Shown: one piece after another, positions 1 to 9,303 of the stretch
How the letters are laid out: each line of letters starts with the position of its first letter
Position numbering within the stretch: position 1 is the first letter of the stretch
Source: a virus
Lineage: Duplodnaviria > Caudoviricetes
DNA: 55,569 bases
IMG/VR virus record: IMGVR_UViG_3300044644_002107
Coordinates: 1-55,569 of that record
Reading direction: 5' to 3' (one strand)
The notes under the pieces: generated by a model
Told to the model about the DNA's origin: nothing
Databases searched by the model: none
Seen by the model: the letters and a program-made list of their open reading frames with translations, nothing else
Position numbers and translations under genes: made by a program

Positions 1-2
1 TT

Positions 3-425
3 AACATTGCCAACTCTCAACCACCAGAAGAGAATAACTTTAGAACAAACAACTGGTTTGGAAACGAGCCTATTTTGAATACTTATTTTTTAGATAAAAT
101 AACATGGCTTCCGGTAAATTTTAATCTCGTGGTTTCTGAGTGTTTAACAAAACACCTCAATGTAAAAAATAACTTTCAATTTACGGGTCACAACAAACCT
201 TGGTATGGAGACGATTTTGAATCCCAGTTTTCGGAATTTGCTATTCAAAACATTACAAATAATAATTTACTGTATATGCAAAGAATTATTCTCCGTAGAC
301 TAATAATGGCATATGAAGAGGAAGTAAAAGCCCTGTCAGAAAAAGACATTGACGTTAACAATATACCATGTACAATTAAGCCAATTTATGAAAAAAGTAG
401 CATTCGTAGTTCCACACGGCGATGA
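3..425 (+). CDS. 5'-truncated glycosyltransferase, GT8-like C-terminal part
   Basis: Frame is open from the window start. NEPILNTYF, LPVNFN and QFTGHNKPW resemble the GT8 DQxxLN / LP..YN / HFxGxxKPW motifs. Confidence 0.55.
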   Translation, partial: NIANSQPPEENNFRTNNWFGNEPILNTYFLDKITWLPVNFNLVVSECLTKHLNVKNNFQFTGHNKPWYGDDFESQFSEFAIQNITNNNLLYMQRIILRRLIMAYEEEVKALSEKDIDVNNIPCTIKPIYEKSSIRSSTRR

Positions 426-1038
426 TGAATCATTGGGGTTTGCTGGAGCAATCCAAAAGCATGTTCAAGACAATGATGAGGTGTCTTTAATTTTTTGCAG
501 AGCTCCCATTGATGCTAGAACTCAACAACAATTTAATGATATAGAAAAAGCCAAAGAAGTGTTGGGTTATAATAATGTGTATTACTTGTATGTAACCGAA
601 AAAGAAATATCAAACGAGACTTTAACTTTATTCCGAAAGGTTGAAGCTAAATTATTGGAAATACAACCAGAAGTAGTTTACACTACATTCTGGGGAGACA
701 TTCATCAAGATCATAAATTTACATACGAAAGCGTTATGAGATCAGTGCGAGTGTGGGGAGGCCTCAAAGTCAAACAATTTTTTGTAGGAGAAATTCCTAG
801 TTCTACTGATCAGTTTCCTACTATAACAGGAACAGCATTTACTCCAAATTATTATGTACCTCTCACAAAAGATCAAATAACAACAAAAGTAAAATCTTTA
901 TATGCTTATGGCGGAGAAACTAATCAATATCCTCATCCAAGATCTGAAAAGGGAATCATTACAAGAGCAGCAATTAGAGGACAAGAGTGTGGTTGTGAAT
1001 ATGCAGAAGCGTTCATGTGTTTGAGATATATTTGCTAA
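388..1038 (+). CDS. PIG-L/LmbE family N-acetylsugar deacetylase
   Basis: PHGDDESLG (HxDD), DIHQDH (HxDH) and C-terminal YAEAF. ATG at 388 preferred over the upstream TTG at 349. Confidence 0.9.
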   Translation: MKKVAFVVPHGDDESLGFAGAIQKHVQDNDEVSLIFCRAPIDARTQQQFNDIEKAKEVLGYNNVYYLYVTEKEISNETLTLFRKVEAKLLEIQPEVVYTTFWGDIHQDHKFTYESVMRSVRVWGGLKVKQFFVGEIPSSTDQFPTITGTAFTPNYYVPLTKDQITTKVKSLYAYGGETNQYPHPRSEKGIITRAAIRGQECGCEYAEAFMCLRYIC

Positions 1039-1045
1039 CCAACCA

Positions 1046-2374
1046 CTAAAATCCTCTTTTTTGATTTGGTTCGTAGGGAAATTCAGTTTGCTTAAAATAA
1101 AAGTCAAGAGGGGCTTTATAGGCGTTGTTTTTAAAATTAGCAGAAAGCCACAAAAATTCTTGCACTAGTTGCTTGTCTAAAAAAGGATATCTCATTTCAA
1201 TTCCGTAACTGCCTCCGACATATTCTTCTTTAGCTAAATACGATTCCATAGTGGAGTTGAAAAAACTTCCCCAAGGAAAAATAGGTGCCAGATCATCAGG
1301 AAATAATCCTCCAAAATTGCTGTGAGGAAAATACCGAGTTCCGTTGTATCCATAATCAGATATAATTTCATCTGCTCCGGATCCTGATAGACATATTTTG
1401 CATCCGTCTCGTTTAGCTAATTTACATATGGTAGCAAGGTTGTTAGATCCCTCGTCGTGAATTAAAAGCTTGTTGGCTTCGTTATAATCTCCGATATCAG
1501 ATTTTATTGTATACGTAAATGGTTCTGTGCGCTTTTTTATAAACAGATGAGATAAATTAAAATCCATATCCGTTTTTGGAATTAGCTTACTTTTACAGAT
1601 GCTCTCTGTGTCTAATTGCAGTCTCTTATTAATAATTTCATCGTTTTCAGTGCCAGTCAAAGTATAAGAAAAAAATGAACGTTTATTTGCTAATAATTCG
1701 TTGTATATAGCCCCACTATCATAACCACTGCTTAAACCTATAAAAATATTTTTGTTGGTTTGCGTTCGTTTCTGAACTGCTGATTTGAAAGATATGACCC
1801 AATCTTCATAAGTTGATTTGTGTTGATTTAAATCAAAATAGGTTACTGATTGGGTTTTTAATAATTCAAACGTATTAAGATTAAAAACATAAGTTGTGTT
1901 TGGTTTGCAAGAAACGACCTGGTCAAAGTTTAGCTGTTCCAATGGAGTCTTGTACGTAGAGCACGCAAAGTTGTTTTCAGAAACTCCAAAAAACAACGGT
2001 TTTGTTTTAAATGTGTCAGAGCTACAAACGATTATTTTTTGCTTGTAGTCTATCAAACATATAGCAAACTCTCCATCTAAAAAGGAAGGAAAAGACGGAC
2101 CATTGATTTTATATAAATCAATAATACATTCTCCGTCTGTTTTGTAGTTTCCAAATTCTTTATAATTGTAAATCTCTCCATTGAATAACACAACGATATC
2201 TTCTTTAAGAAACGGCTGATGAGTCAATTCTCCTGTAATAGATAACAGGTTATGAACATATAAATGTTGATTAATTGTTTGAACATTTGTATAATCTGGT
2301 CCTCTAAACTTTAAATAATAATTAAGTTTTTCAACATCTACGTCCTTTTTGGTTGAAAATAAGAAACTACACAT
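1046..2374 (-). CDS. asnB: Asparagine synthetase B-like glutamine amidotransferase, probably amidating a glycan or sugar
   Basis: N-terminal Met-Cys, RGPD, FNGEIYN, LSSGYDSG, LSGSGADE and RYPFLD. Confidence 0.88.
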   Translation of the reverse strand: MCSFLFSTKKDVDVEKLNYYLKFRGPDYTNVQTINQHLYVHNLLSITGELTHQPFLKEDIVVLFNGEIYNYKEFGNYKTDGECIIDLYKINGPSFPSFLDGEFAICLIDYKQKIIVCSSDTFKTKPLFFGVSENNFACSTYKTPLEQLNFDQVVSCKPNTTYVFNLNTFELLKTQSVTYFDLNQHKSTYEDWVISFKSAVQKRTQTNKNIFIGLSSGYDSGAIYNELLANKRSFFSYTLTGTENDEIINKRLQLDTESICKSKLIPKTDMDFNLSHLFIKKRTEPFTYTIKSDIGDYNEANKLLIHDEGSNNLATICKLAKRDGCKICLSGSGADEIISDYGYNGTRYFPHSNFGGLFPDDLAPIFPWGSFFNSTMESYLAKEEYVGGSYGIEMRYPFLDKQLVQEFLWLSANFKNNAYKAPLDFYFKQTEFPYEPNQKRGF

Positions 2375-2392
2375 CTAAATAACTTAACTCAA

Positions 2393-3148
2393 ATGCCAAT
2401 ACCTGTCAATGCTTTCGCTGCTCCTTATGGGATTTTAGGACCAGGAGAAGTTGGAATATCGATAAAAGGGGTTTATGATACAAAAAACCTAGCAACCATT
2501 TTAAAAGACAAACATGATACGTTTTCGTTTCCAAAAGTAAGCGTGTTGAATGTTTGCATTCCTTATACTGAAAATTTTGTAGAATTAGTTAAGCAAGAGA
2601 TTGTTCACTCTAAGCCAGAGCTTACTATAGTTCATTCGACCGTTCCTGTAGGAACGACGACTAAATTGGATTTGTCTTTGAATTCTGAATACAATATTGT
2701 TCACAGCCCAATTCGAGGAAACCATCCAAATTTAACCAAAAGCATTCAAACATTTGTGAAGTATATTGGTTCTAATAATCCTGCAGCACTTAAGTTAGCT
2801 GCAACACATTTAAGAGATTTAGATATTCTAGTGCATGCTTGTAATTCTTTTGAAAAAACAGAAGTAGCAAAATTATTGTGCACTACCTATTATGGATTAT
2901 GCATTGCGTGGCACAATGAAATTAAAAAAACGTGTGAACCATTAGGAGTAGATGTCTCTTTTATTAAAGACTGGAACGCTTCTTATAATAAAGGGTATGA
3001 AGCCCTTGGATTGTCTAAATTTAACAGACCTGTACTTGATCCTCCTCAAGACAACAAAATCGGAGGACATTGCGTGATTCCCAACGCGGAATTACTTGAT
3101 CAAATTATTGATAGCAAATTAATCAAAGAAATCTTAACATACAAATGA
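2393..3148 (+). CDS. Short UDP-glucose/GDP-mannose dehydrogenase-family protein
   Basis: GPGEVG Rossmann motif, HSTVPVGTT, HSP.RG, E.AKL and IGGHCVIPN (catalytic Cys). Confidence 0.8.
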   Translation: MPIPVNAFAAPYGILGPGEVGISIKGVYDTKNLATILKDKHDTFSFPKVSVLNVCIPYTENFVELVKQEIVHSKPELTIVHSTVPVGTTTKLDLSLNSEYNIVHSPIRGNHPNLTKSIQTFVKYIGSNNPAALKLAATHLRDLDILVHACNSFEKTEVAKLLCTTYYGLCIAWHNEIKKTCEPLGVDVSFIKDWNASYNKGYEALGLSKFNRPVLDPPQDNKIGGHCVIPNAELLDQIIDSKLIKEILTYK

Positions 3149-4023
3149 GCATAGAAGAACAAATAATTGCTTTTCTGGAGCATGGGTTTTTATTGCAAGT
3201 AGACTACACTTGCATGCAAACAAACGAACAAAAGTATTGCTTCTTGATGAAAGGAATGTGGTACAACAAACTATCGGTTCTCAACAAAGCAGTTAACAAG
3301 GAGCTAATATGGGACGTAGTGACAGATACTCCGTTTCAATTCTCAGAAAAAACAATTGAACAAATTGCATACATCCAGTGGCCAGAAAAAGCTGATAGGG
3401 ATCAAATTCTCGAACAGCCAACAAATCTCACAGAAGAGAGTTTTATAACAACTGATCCTGAATATGCAGACAAAACAGCACTTTTTATATTAGAACTCAA
3501 GTTAAGACTGCAAACTCACTTGAGAGACAACTGCATGGAATTCTATCACACTTATAATCAAGAAGAATTACAAGACCGCTGCACTATGTCTTTATACCCA
3601 AAACAAGTTCAAATTAACGAAAGCGTCTTTCTAAATTTAAAGAAAACGATTATTGAAGACTTTTTTACTTTCTCTAAGCAAACCACTCCAGAACTCGTTC
3701 AATATCAAGCACTGAAAATGTTTAATCTTAAACAAACATATATTGATACAAGCGATCCGCTTTTAATAACCGCTTTCAAAAATCAATGGAAGCGATTAAT
3801 TTTGAAAGAAAAAAAACAGTTGCTGGAATCTATTAATAGTGTAGATCTAACAGACTTTGAGGAAGAGGAAAAAGTAGAATATATGGAAGAAGCGCAACAT
3901 CTTGATCAAGAGTTAAACGAAAACATGCTTAAAGAGCTTGAGCGCTTGAGCACTATAAGAGAAATCATAAAGTTTTGGCCCGTGTTGTTACAACCAATTC
4001 CCAGCTTCGTTTTAACGGATTAG
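3145..4023 (+). CDS. Hypothetical protein
   Basis: 292-aa ORF overlapping the upstream stop (ATGA). No recognised motif. Confidence 0.75.
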   Translation: MSIEEQIIAFLEHGFLLQVDYTCMQTNEQKYCFLMKGMWYNKLSVLNKAVNKELIWDVVTDTPFQFSEKTIEQIAYIQWPEKADRDQILEQPTNLTEESFITTDPEYADKTALFILELKLRLQTHLRDNCMEFYHTYNQEELQDRCTMSLYPKQVQINESVFLNLKKTIIEDFFTFSKQTTPELVQYQALKMFNLKQTYIDTSDPLLITAFKNQWKRLILKEKKQLLESINSVDLTDFEEEEKVEYMEEAQHLDQELNENMLKELERLSTIREIIKFWPVLLQPIPSFVLTD

Positions 4024-4032
4024 TTTCTGCAT

Positions 4033-4776
4033 ATGAATATTAACTTTTTATGGATAGGAGACAGCTTAACTAAAAACGGACAACTAACGTTGAAGTCGTT
4101 TATTGATCACGGGCACACTCCTGTATTGTGGGCTTACAACAAACAATGCGAAAATATTCCAGAAGGAGTCGTAATAGAAGATGCTGGACAAATCTTGCCT
4201 CCTTCTAAAATTTTTTCTTATAAAAACAACGGAGATTGTAGACAAGGCAGCTATGGAGGATTTTCGGATATATTTAGATATTATTTACTTTATGAAGTGG
4301 GAGGCTGGTATTGCGACATGGATGTTGTATGCTTGAAAAACTTTGAAGAAATTTCAAGTGCACCATACGTCCTCCGTCCACACAAAACAACACCAATTGT
4401 AGCGAACATTATAAAAACACCTAAAGCGTGTGAATTTATAAAAAAATGTATCGACAATACAGAGTCTCAAGTAGATGAAAATAATTGCAGATGGATACGT
4501 CCCTTGGAGATACTCAGCGACACATTTAAAATGTTCGACTTAGAACAATATGTAGTTCCAAAAGAATATTTTGGAGATGATGATATTCGGGATATAAAAC
4601 AATTCATAGACATCGGCTATCATGTCAACAAATTTAAACTACCAACATATGCCCTACATTGGTGCAACGAAGCAATCACGACCGGACAATGGGACCGCTC
4701 AATTAAAAGAGATTGGGAAAGTCCAATGAGAACGACATTGTATCGTAAGCTGTTAAAACAACACAACCTATTATGA
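4033..4776 (+). CDS. GT32-like DxD glycosyltransferase (alpha-1,4-GT / capsule-synthesis type)
   Basis: FLWIG, FSDIFRYYLLYEVGGWYCDMD (SDxxRxxxLxxxGGxYxDxD) and LHW. Confidence 0.85.
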   Translation: MNINFLWIGDSLTKNGQLTLKSFIDHGHTPVLWAYNKQCENIPEGVVIEDAGQILPPSKIFSYKNNGDCRQGSYGGFSDIFRYYLLYEVGGWYCDMDVVCLKNFEEISSAPYVLRPHKTTPIVANIIKTPKACEFIKKCIDNTESQVDENNCRWIRPLEILSDTFKMFDLEQYVVPKEYFGDDDIRDIKQFIDIGYHVNKFKLPTYALHWCNEAITTGQWDRSIKRDWESPMRTTLYRKLLKQHNLL

Positions 4777-4964
4777 ATATTTTAGATTTTTTTTGCGAAG
4801 AAAAAACGTGTGATAAGGACTTTAATGAATTAAAGCAAAACTATTTTACGGAGTTGAAGCAATCGTTTAATTCGTGCACAGAATGTGATATGTTTAGTGT
4901 TCAGAAAAAATATTTGAATCTTTTATATTACGCAATGAAAAATAATAACCATAAAGATAAGTAA
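4773..4964 (+). CDS. Small Cys-containing hypothetical protein
   Basis: 63-aa ORF coupled by ATGA overlap; contains CxxC. Confidence 0.65.
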   Translation: MNILDFFCEEKTCDKDFNELKQNYFTELKQSFNSCTECDMFSVQKKYLNLLYYAMKNNNHKDK

Positions 4965-4970
4965 ACATAC

Positions 4971-5912
4971 ATGAAGAATCCTCTTTCAGATTTATACGAA
5001 CAAGTCTTGCTCAAGGAAGCAGAAAAATTTCAGCTCCAAAATCCTTCTCAAGACGAAGTAGGAAACTTAAATTCAAAACAAGATTTATTTGGCGAAAAAC
5101 CAAAAGCGGTTGAAGGTCCTGATAAAGCTACATTAGCTCAGGGTCCTTCTTATAAAGAAACAACCGGAGCAGCAAATCATTTGGCAAAAGGTTCTAATGG
5201 GACTTCATTCAAAGGAGCCGCTCCAGCCAAACATGCAAAAGGAGAAAAGCCAACCGAAATGAAAAACACGGACGTTGATCCTTCTAACAAATCTGATGAG
5301 GACGAAGATAAAGATAAAAAGAAAAAAGAAAAACACGAAGAAAGTTTTACTATGAGCGCATTTGAAACACTATTTAAAAAAACACTAAACGAAGAAATGG
5401 ATGAAGCTTCTCCAATGGAAGCTCCAGCCTCAGAAACTTCTGAACCAATTAATAACGTTGATACTGAAGAAGAATCAGCTGAATCAGAAGAAGAGCTAGA
5501 AGAAGAGGAAGGGGATCTTATTTCCGACCTGCACGACTTAAAAGATAAACTCGACTCTATTCTTTCTAAGTTAGAAGACATCCAAGAAGAAGAGGAAGGG
5601 CTCGAAAGTTCCGAAGACTCTTATACGGAAGAAGAATTTAATGATGAATTTTCTGATGAAGAAGGCGAAGAAGAGGAAGAAGAGCCATTTAAAGAATCTT
5701 TAGACAAACCAAAAGCTCTTGCTCCTGCTAAAGGCAAAACTTTGATGAACAAAAAAAACAAAGTTGGCAAGCTCTCTGCTAAAGGCGGCAAAGCTCATGG
5801 AGGATCTATTAAAACTCAACCAAAGCCAACTGCTCTTGGAGACAAGAAAACAACGCTCCAAAAAGGCCACACCGTTAAGTCAAACATCTCTAAGGGTGAA
5901 TTTTTCAAATAA
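4971..5912 (+). CDS. Acidic/basic low-complexity protein, probable prohead core or internal head protein
   Basis: TAAGTA late-type motif upstream, own terminator, Glu-rich centre with Lys-rich ends, L-x-E motifs. Confidence 0.6.
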   Translation: MKNPLSDLYEQVLLKEAEKFQLQNPSQDEVGNLNSKQDLFGEKPKAVEGPDKATLAQGPSYKETTGAANHLAKGSNGTSFKGAAPAKHAKGEKPTEMKNTDVDPSNKSDEDEDKDKKKKEKHEESFTMSAFETLFKKTLNEEMDEASPMEAPASETSEPINNVDTEEESAESEEELEEEEGDLISDLHDLKDKLDSILSKLEDIQEEEEGLESSEDSYTEEEFNDEFSDEEGEEEEEEPFKESLDKPKALAPAKGKTLMNKKNKVGKLSAKGGKAHGGSIKTQPKPTALGDKKTTLQKGHTVKSNISKGEFFK

Positions 5913-5937
5913 TAGTTAACATCTGAACAACAAATGT

Positions 5938-5967
5938 AAAAAGGCTCCGGAAACGGAGCCTTTTTTT
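5938..5967 (+). terminator. Rho-independent terminator (possibly bidirectional)
   Basis: aaaaaggctccg-gaaa-cggagccttttttt: perfect stem, GNRA loop, T tract. Confidence 0.92.
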
Positions 5968-5980
5968 ATTAAATAAAGAC

Positions 5981-6466
5981 ATGGAAAAACGCTTTAACCA
6001 AAAGCTTAAAGACTACCTGACTGTTTACAAAATACCCATAGCTCCTAATAGCTTAGATCCTTTGTTATTTTATTTTCCAGAGACAGGAGAAGAACCAACA
6101 CTTTTACCAATAATACATGCTCAGATTATGAGCGATTTAGAAGCTTTTGCTGGAGATCAACCTCAAAGAATTAAAAAATACTATTTGACGGGAGAGGCTG
6201 TGCTTCCTGGCAATGAAAACAGAAAGGCCGAACTAAAAGTATTAATTGTTCTTAACAAAGATTTAATGGATTTAGACATTGATGGGTTACTCGGAGAAGA
6301 CTTGTTGAAGTTAGCTAATACTCTAAGCAATCGGTTGGCTTCTGGTACAGTTCACCCTATTCGTTATCTTTTAACGGTAAGAGAACCAGATCCTTCCCAA
6401 CATGAGGGACTTTATGACATTGCTACACAAACATGGATTAAATTACCAAATGGCGTTGCTCGTTAA
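5981..6466 (+). CDS. Degenerate nucleotidyltransferase-fold protein
   Basis: YYLTGE...AELKVLIV occupies the place of hGS...DhD. HPIRYLL and C-terminal GLYDIATQTWIKLP resemble phage minimal NTases. Confidence 0.45.
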   Translation: MEKRFNQKLKDYLTVYKIPIAPNSLDPLLFYFPETGEEPTLLPIIHAQIMSDLEAFAGDQPQRIKKYYLTGEAVLPGNENRKAELKVLIVLNKDLMDLDIDGLLGEDLLKLANTLSNRLASGTVHPIRYLLTVREPDPSQHEGLYDIATQTWIKLPNGVAR

Positions 6467-6468
6467 CT

Positions 6469-7353
6469 ATGCTTCAAGTAACAACAGATAAGGTTCGTTA
6501 TCTTAATAAGAATAATAATGCTAACGAACGAGAAAACTACTCTAGGTGGTGGAAAGAACAAATAGAACACTACGGGACTAGAACGGATTACTATACTCAC
6601 GGGTACGAATTAACTTCTCACAACTTTTTATACGGAGAAGACCCAACTGCTTCTTATAGAAAACATCAGGACGTTATAATGTTAACTGATATCACTAATG
6701 ACTCTTTGATGCTTTCTAAATTTGGAATTCAAGCAGATTGCGACATGACTGCTGTAGTTCACATTTCTTCCTTTTACGAAAAACTAGGTTGTGGATTCGA
6801 ACCAAAAGCTGGGGATTTAATCCGTCTAACCGAATACGGAGCAGATAGACCTGGAGGAAGATCAGCTCCAATTTATGAGATAACAGAACGAGATGATGAA
6901 TATCTTCCGATGACTAATCCTTTAATTGGTCATTATGTTTGGTATATCAAATGCAAACGCTTTGAATTCTCTTACGAACCAACTATTCCAAACTCTGCAA
7001 ACAACAAACAAATTAGTGACGGAGGAGATTATGGCAGACTTGCTGGCGGAGAAAATCCCGAAGATCTATTTCAGCCATATCCAGATTCTGTACAGAATTC
7101 TTCCAAGTGCATCTACGATTATTATAGCGACGATCCAGCAGGACTATATAACGGACCGGATCATTTTATACCTCCCTCTAAACCATCTTGTTCTACGACT
7201 ACTTTGACTTCCATAGCAGATGTACCTGGACCTTATCAAGATACTGCATTGTTTGGAGAAGTTAGTTTGAAAGATTTCCTAGATGCTTCCAAAACAATGG
7301 AATTTGTTGAAGACAATTCCTCCAACATCTTAATGAGGACCTTAAGTGCATAA
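6469..7353 (+). CDS. gp14: Neck/head-closure protein, T4 gp14-like, with C-terminal extension
   Basis: LSKFGIQ, EPKAGDLI, IYEITE and KCKRFEFSYE. Confidence 0.75.
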   Translation: MLQVTTDKVRYLNKNNNANERENYSRWWKEQIEHYGTRTDYYTHGYELTSHNFLYGEDPTASYRKHQDVIMLTDITNDSLMLSKFGIQADCDMTAVVHISSFYEKLGCGFEPKAGDLIRLTEYGADRPGGRSAPIYEITERDDEYLPMTNPLIGHYVWYIKCKRFEFSYEPTIPNSANNKQISDGGDYGRLAGGENPEDLFQPYPDSVQNSSKCIYDYYSDDPAGLYNGPDHFIPPSKPSCSTTTLTSIADVPGPYQDTALFGEVSLKDFLDASKTMEFVEDNSSNILMRTLSA

Positions 7354-7356
7354 TAT

Positions 7357-7731
7357 ATGAGAAGAAGAAATAGATCTGCGGCTTATGGCTACTATGGAGG
7401 AGTTAGTGCTCAAAAGCATTATGTTCCTTCTTCTGAACAAAATTGGATCCCTCAAGAAGCTAATGCTCAATTCACGGAACAAGACAGACAAAGATTAATA
7501 CAAGTATTGACTGCTGCTCAGTTTGTTAAAGGTAATGCTTCAAACATTTTATTACGAGTGAATACTGAACACACTCCAGAAAACGTAGACACGTTCGTTA
7601 TTTCTACATCTGGAAATCCTCAAGATAAACTCATATACACCTCAAACAAAGATCAAGTTATTTTGGACGACATGGCTGGTAACGGAATTATTAGTGACTC
7701 GATTCCTAATATTGATGGAGGATATTTTTAA
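7357..7731 (+). CDS. Small virion-associated protein ending IDGGYF
   Basis: 124-aa ORF with C-terminal DGGxF motif, between neck and fibre genes. Confidence 0.7.
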   Translation: MRRRNRSAAYGYYGGVSAQKHYVPSSEQNWIPQEANAQFTEQDRQRLIQVLTAAQFVKGNASNILLRVNTEHTPENVDTFVISTSGNPQDKLIYTSNKDQVILDDMAGNGIISDSIPNIDGGYF

Positions 7732-7734
7732 AAA

Positions 7735-7899
7735 ATGGAAGAACAAACAAAGACGTTTGTGATTATGACTTCTGGAAAACCAGAAGACGTATTAATTTAT
7801 AAGTCGAATCAAAAAGAAGTTTATTTAAGTTCTGTTGCTGGAAATGGGATTATTAATACAGACGGAAAAATTGTTATAATTGACGCGGGTACATTTTAA
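7735..7899 (+). CDS. 54-aa paralog of the C-terminal half of the 7357 ORF (missing from the ORF track)
   Basis: Translates to MEEQTKTFVIMTSGKPEDVLIYKSNQKEVYLSSVAGNGIINTDGKIVIIDAGTF, which aligns with DTFVISTSGNPQDKLIYTSNKDQVILDDMAGNGII...IDGGYF. Confidence 0.8.
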   Translation: MEEQTKTFVIMTSGKPEDVLIYKSNQKEVYLSSVAGNGIINTDGKIVIIDAGTF

Positions 7900-7971
7900 A
7901 AAAAGACAGCAAAAACAATAAGTAATATTGTTGCTCAGAAAAGACAACCTTTAACAAAAAAAAATACATAT

Positions 7972-8991
7972 ATGTTTAACTCAATTCTAATCAAACGCAG
8001 ACCCTGGTGGAGTATTCTTGGAATGGGAGCTCCTGCTAGCCTTTCTGGTGGTGAACTCGCATTCAACGATATAGATCAAACATTGTACTACGGCTTAAGC
8101 ACGGAAACTGCGGGAATTTCCGCAATTGCAATTGCTGGTCCTGGTGCATTTGTTAGTCGTACCTTATCTCAAGACGTTTCTGGTGAAAAGACGTTCATTG
8201 ATAAGACTTACTTTAAGAGTAATGTTGAAATGAGCCAAGACTTAACCGTCTTCGGTAATTTAAGTGTCCTTGGTGATTTTACCCAAATCGACACAAACGT
8301 AACTACCACAAGTGCGTTTGAAATTACTAACTACGGTTCTACTACAGCTTTAACTGTTACTCAAGTCGACGGTTCAAATGACGTTGCTGAATTTAAAGAT
8401 GGTTCAAATACATCATTAATCGTCAAGGGTTCAGGATTTGTTGGTGTTAATACATTCGACCCAAACAAAACATTTACTGTTGTTGGAGATGTTTCTGCTA
8501 CAGGAACGCTTGACATCACTAGTGCTACAACTCTTCAAGATACTCTTTATGTAGCAAATGCTGCTACTTTTGCTAATACTGTTTCTGCTAACAGCACTTT
8601 AACAGTTGAAGGTTTAGCTACATTTAACAATGATGTTACAGTCGTTGATAAATTACAAGTTCAATCATCTGACTTCAACCCAGGTGTTGCTGGTAATCAC
8701 GTAGAAGTCGAAGGAACTACAGTTAAAGTAGTTCAAGATGGTGCAACGTCTGTTGAGGCAAACTACGGTTTAAATGGCATCTCTACTACTAACGCAAACG
8801 CCACTTATACAATTCAAACAGATAATAGCCAGGAGATCCTTATTAGTGCAAACGGTGGAGGTAACGATATTGATTTACAAGCTAGTAATGTAAACATCAC
8901 TACTGGAGATTTAGAAGTACAGTCAGGTGATCTTAACGGTAACGGAGCAAACTTCATAAACGACTTCATCATTGATGGTGGAACGTTCTAA
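7972..8991 (+). CDS. Fibre-like virion protein with Mtd_N/hyaluronidase-type N-terminal domain
   Basis: ILIKRR...LSGGELAFNDIDQTLYYG, beta-rich repeats, ends IDGGTF. Confidence 0.75.
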   Translation: MFNSILIKRRPWWSILGMGAPASLSGGELAFNDIDQTLYYGLSTETAGISAIAIAGPGAFVSRTLSQDVSGEKTFIDKTYFKSNVEMSQDLTVFGNLSVLGDFTQIDTNVTTTSAFEITNYGSTTALTVTQVDGSNDVAEFKDGSNTSLIVKGSGFVGVNTFDPNKTFTVVGDVSATGTLDITSATTLQDTLYVANAATFANTVSANSTLTVEGLATFNNDVTVVDKLQVQSSDFNPGVAGNHVEVEGTTVKVVQDGATSVEANYGLNGISTTNANATYTIQTDNSQEILISANGGGNDIDLQASNVNITTGDLEVQSGDLNGNGANFINDFIIDGGTF

Positions 8992-9019
8992 TAAACATAA
9001 TTCATAAATAAAAAAAGCT

Positions 9020-9053
9020 AACCTCAGGATCCCAAGTCCTGAGGTTTTCTTTT
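9020..9053 (+). terminator. Rho-independent terminator
   Basis: aacctcagga-tcccaag-tcctgaggtt followed by a T-rich tail. Confidence 0.85.
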
Positions 9054-9081
9054 AAAAATAAATTCAATAAGTATATACCGT

Positions 9082-9288
9082 ATGTGGAACAACATTAAAA
9101 CATTCTTTCAAAAAGCATTTACAGAACAACCAGAGGAACCTGCACAAGAAGTATTTTCTTCAGAAAAAACCACAAAAAAAGCTCCTAAAAAAACTTCTGA
9201 AAAGAAAAATCCAACTCCAACGAAGAAAGAATCCCCAACTATTAAGCCTGGATCTACTTCTGTTATTAAGAGACTTAAAAATCAATAA
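9082..9288 (+). CDS. Small Lys-rich hypothetical protein
   Basis: 68-aa ORF preceded by TAAGTA. Confidence 0.65.
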   Translation: MWNNIKTFFQKAFTEQPEEPAQEVFSSEKTTKKAPKKTSEKKNPTPTKKESPTIKPGSTSVIKRLKNQ

Positions 9289-9303
9289 CATTAAGTAAGA
9301 TCA

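Noticed and set aside
3-4776. Bacterial capsule or O-antigen locus, implying a host-prophage junction
   Set aside because: No transport or polymerase genes are present, composition looks like the rest of the window, the phage TAAATA motif is present, and similar sugar genes are interspersed among phage core genes.
5177-5581. Ser-rich antisense ORF
   Set aside because: It is the shadow of GAA-rich (Glu) codons on the plus strand.
6469-8991. Genome-wide stop-codon reassignment
   Set aside because: TAA, TAG and TGA all end genes at sensible positions, and conserved genes such as gp20, gp21 and gp23 are uninterrupted in the standard code.
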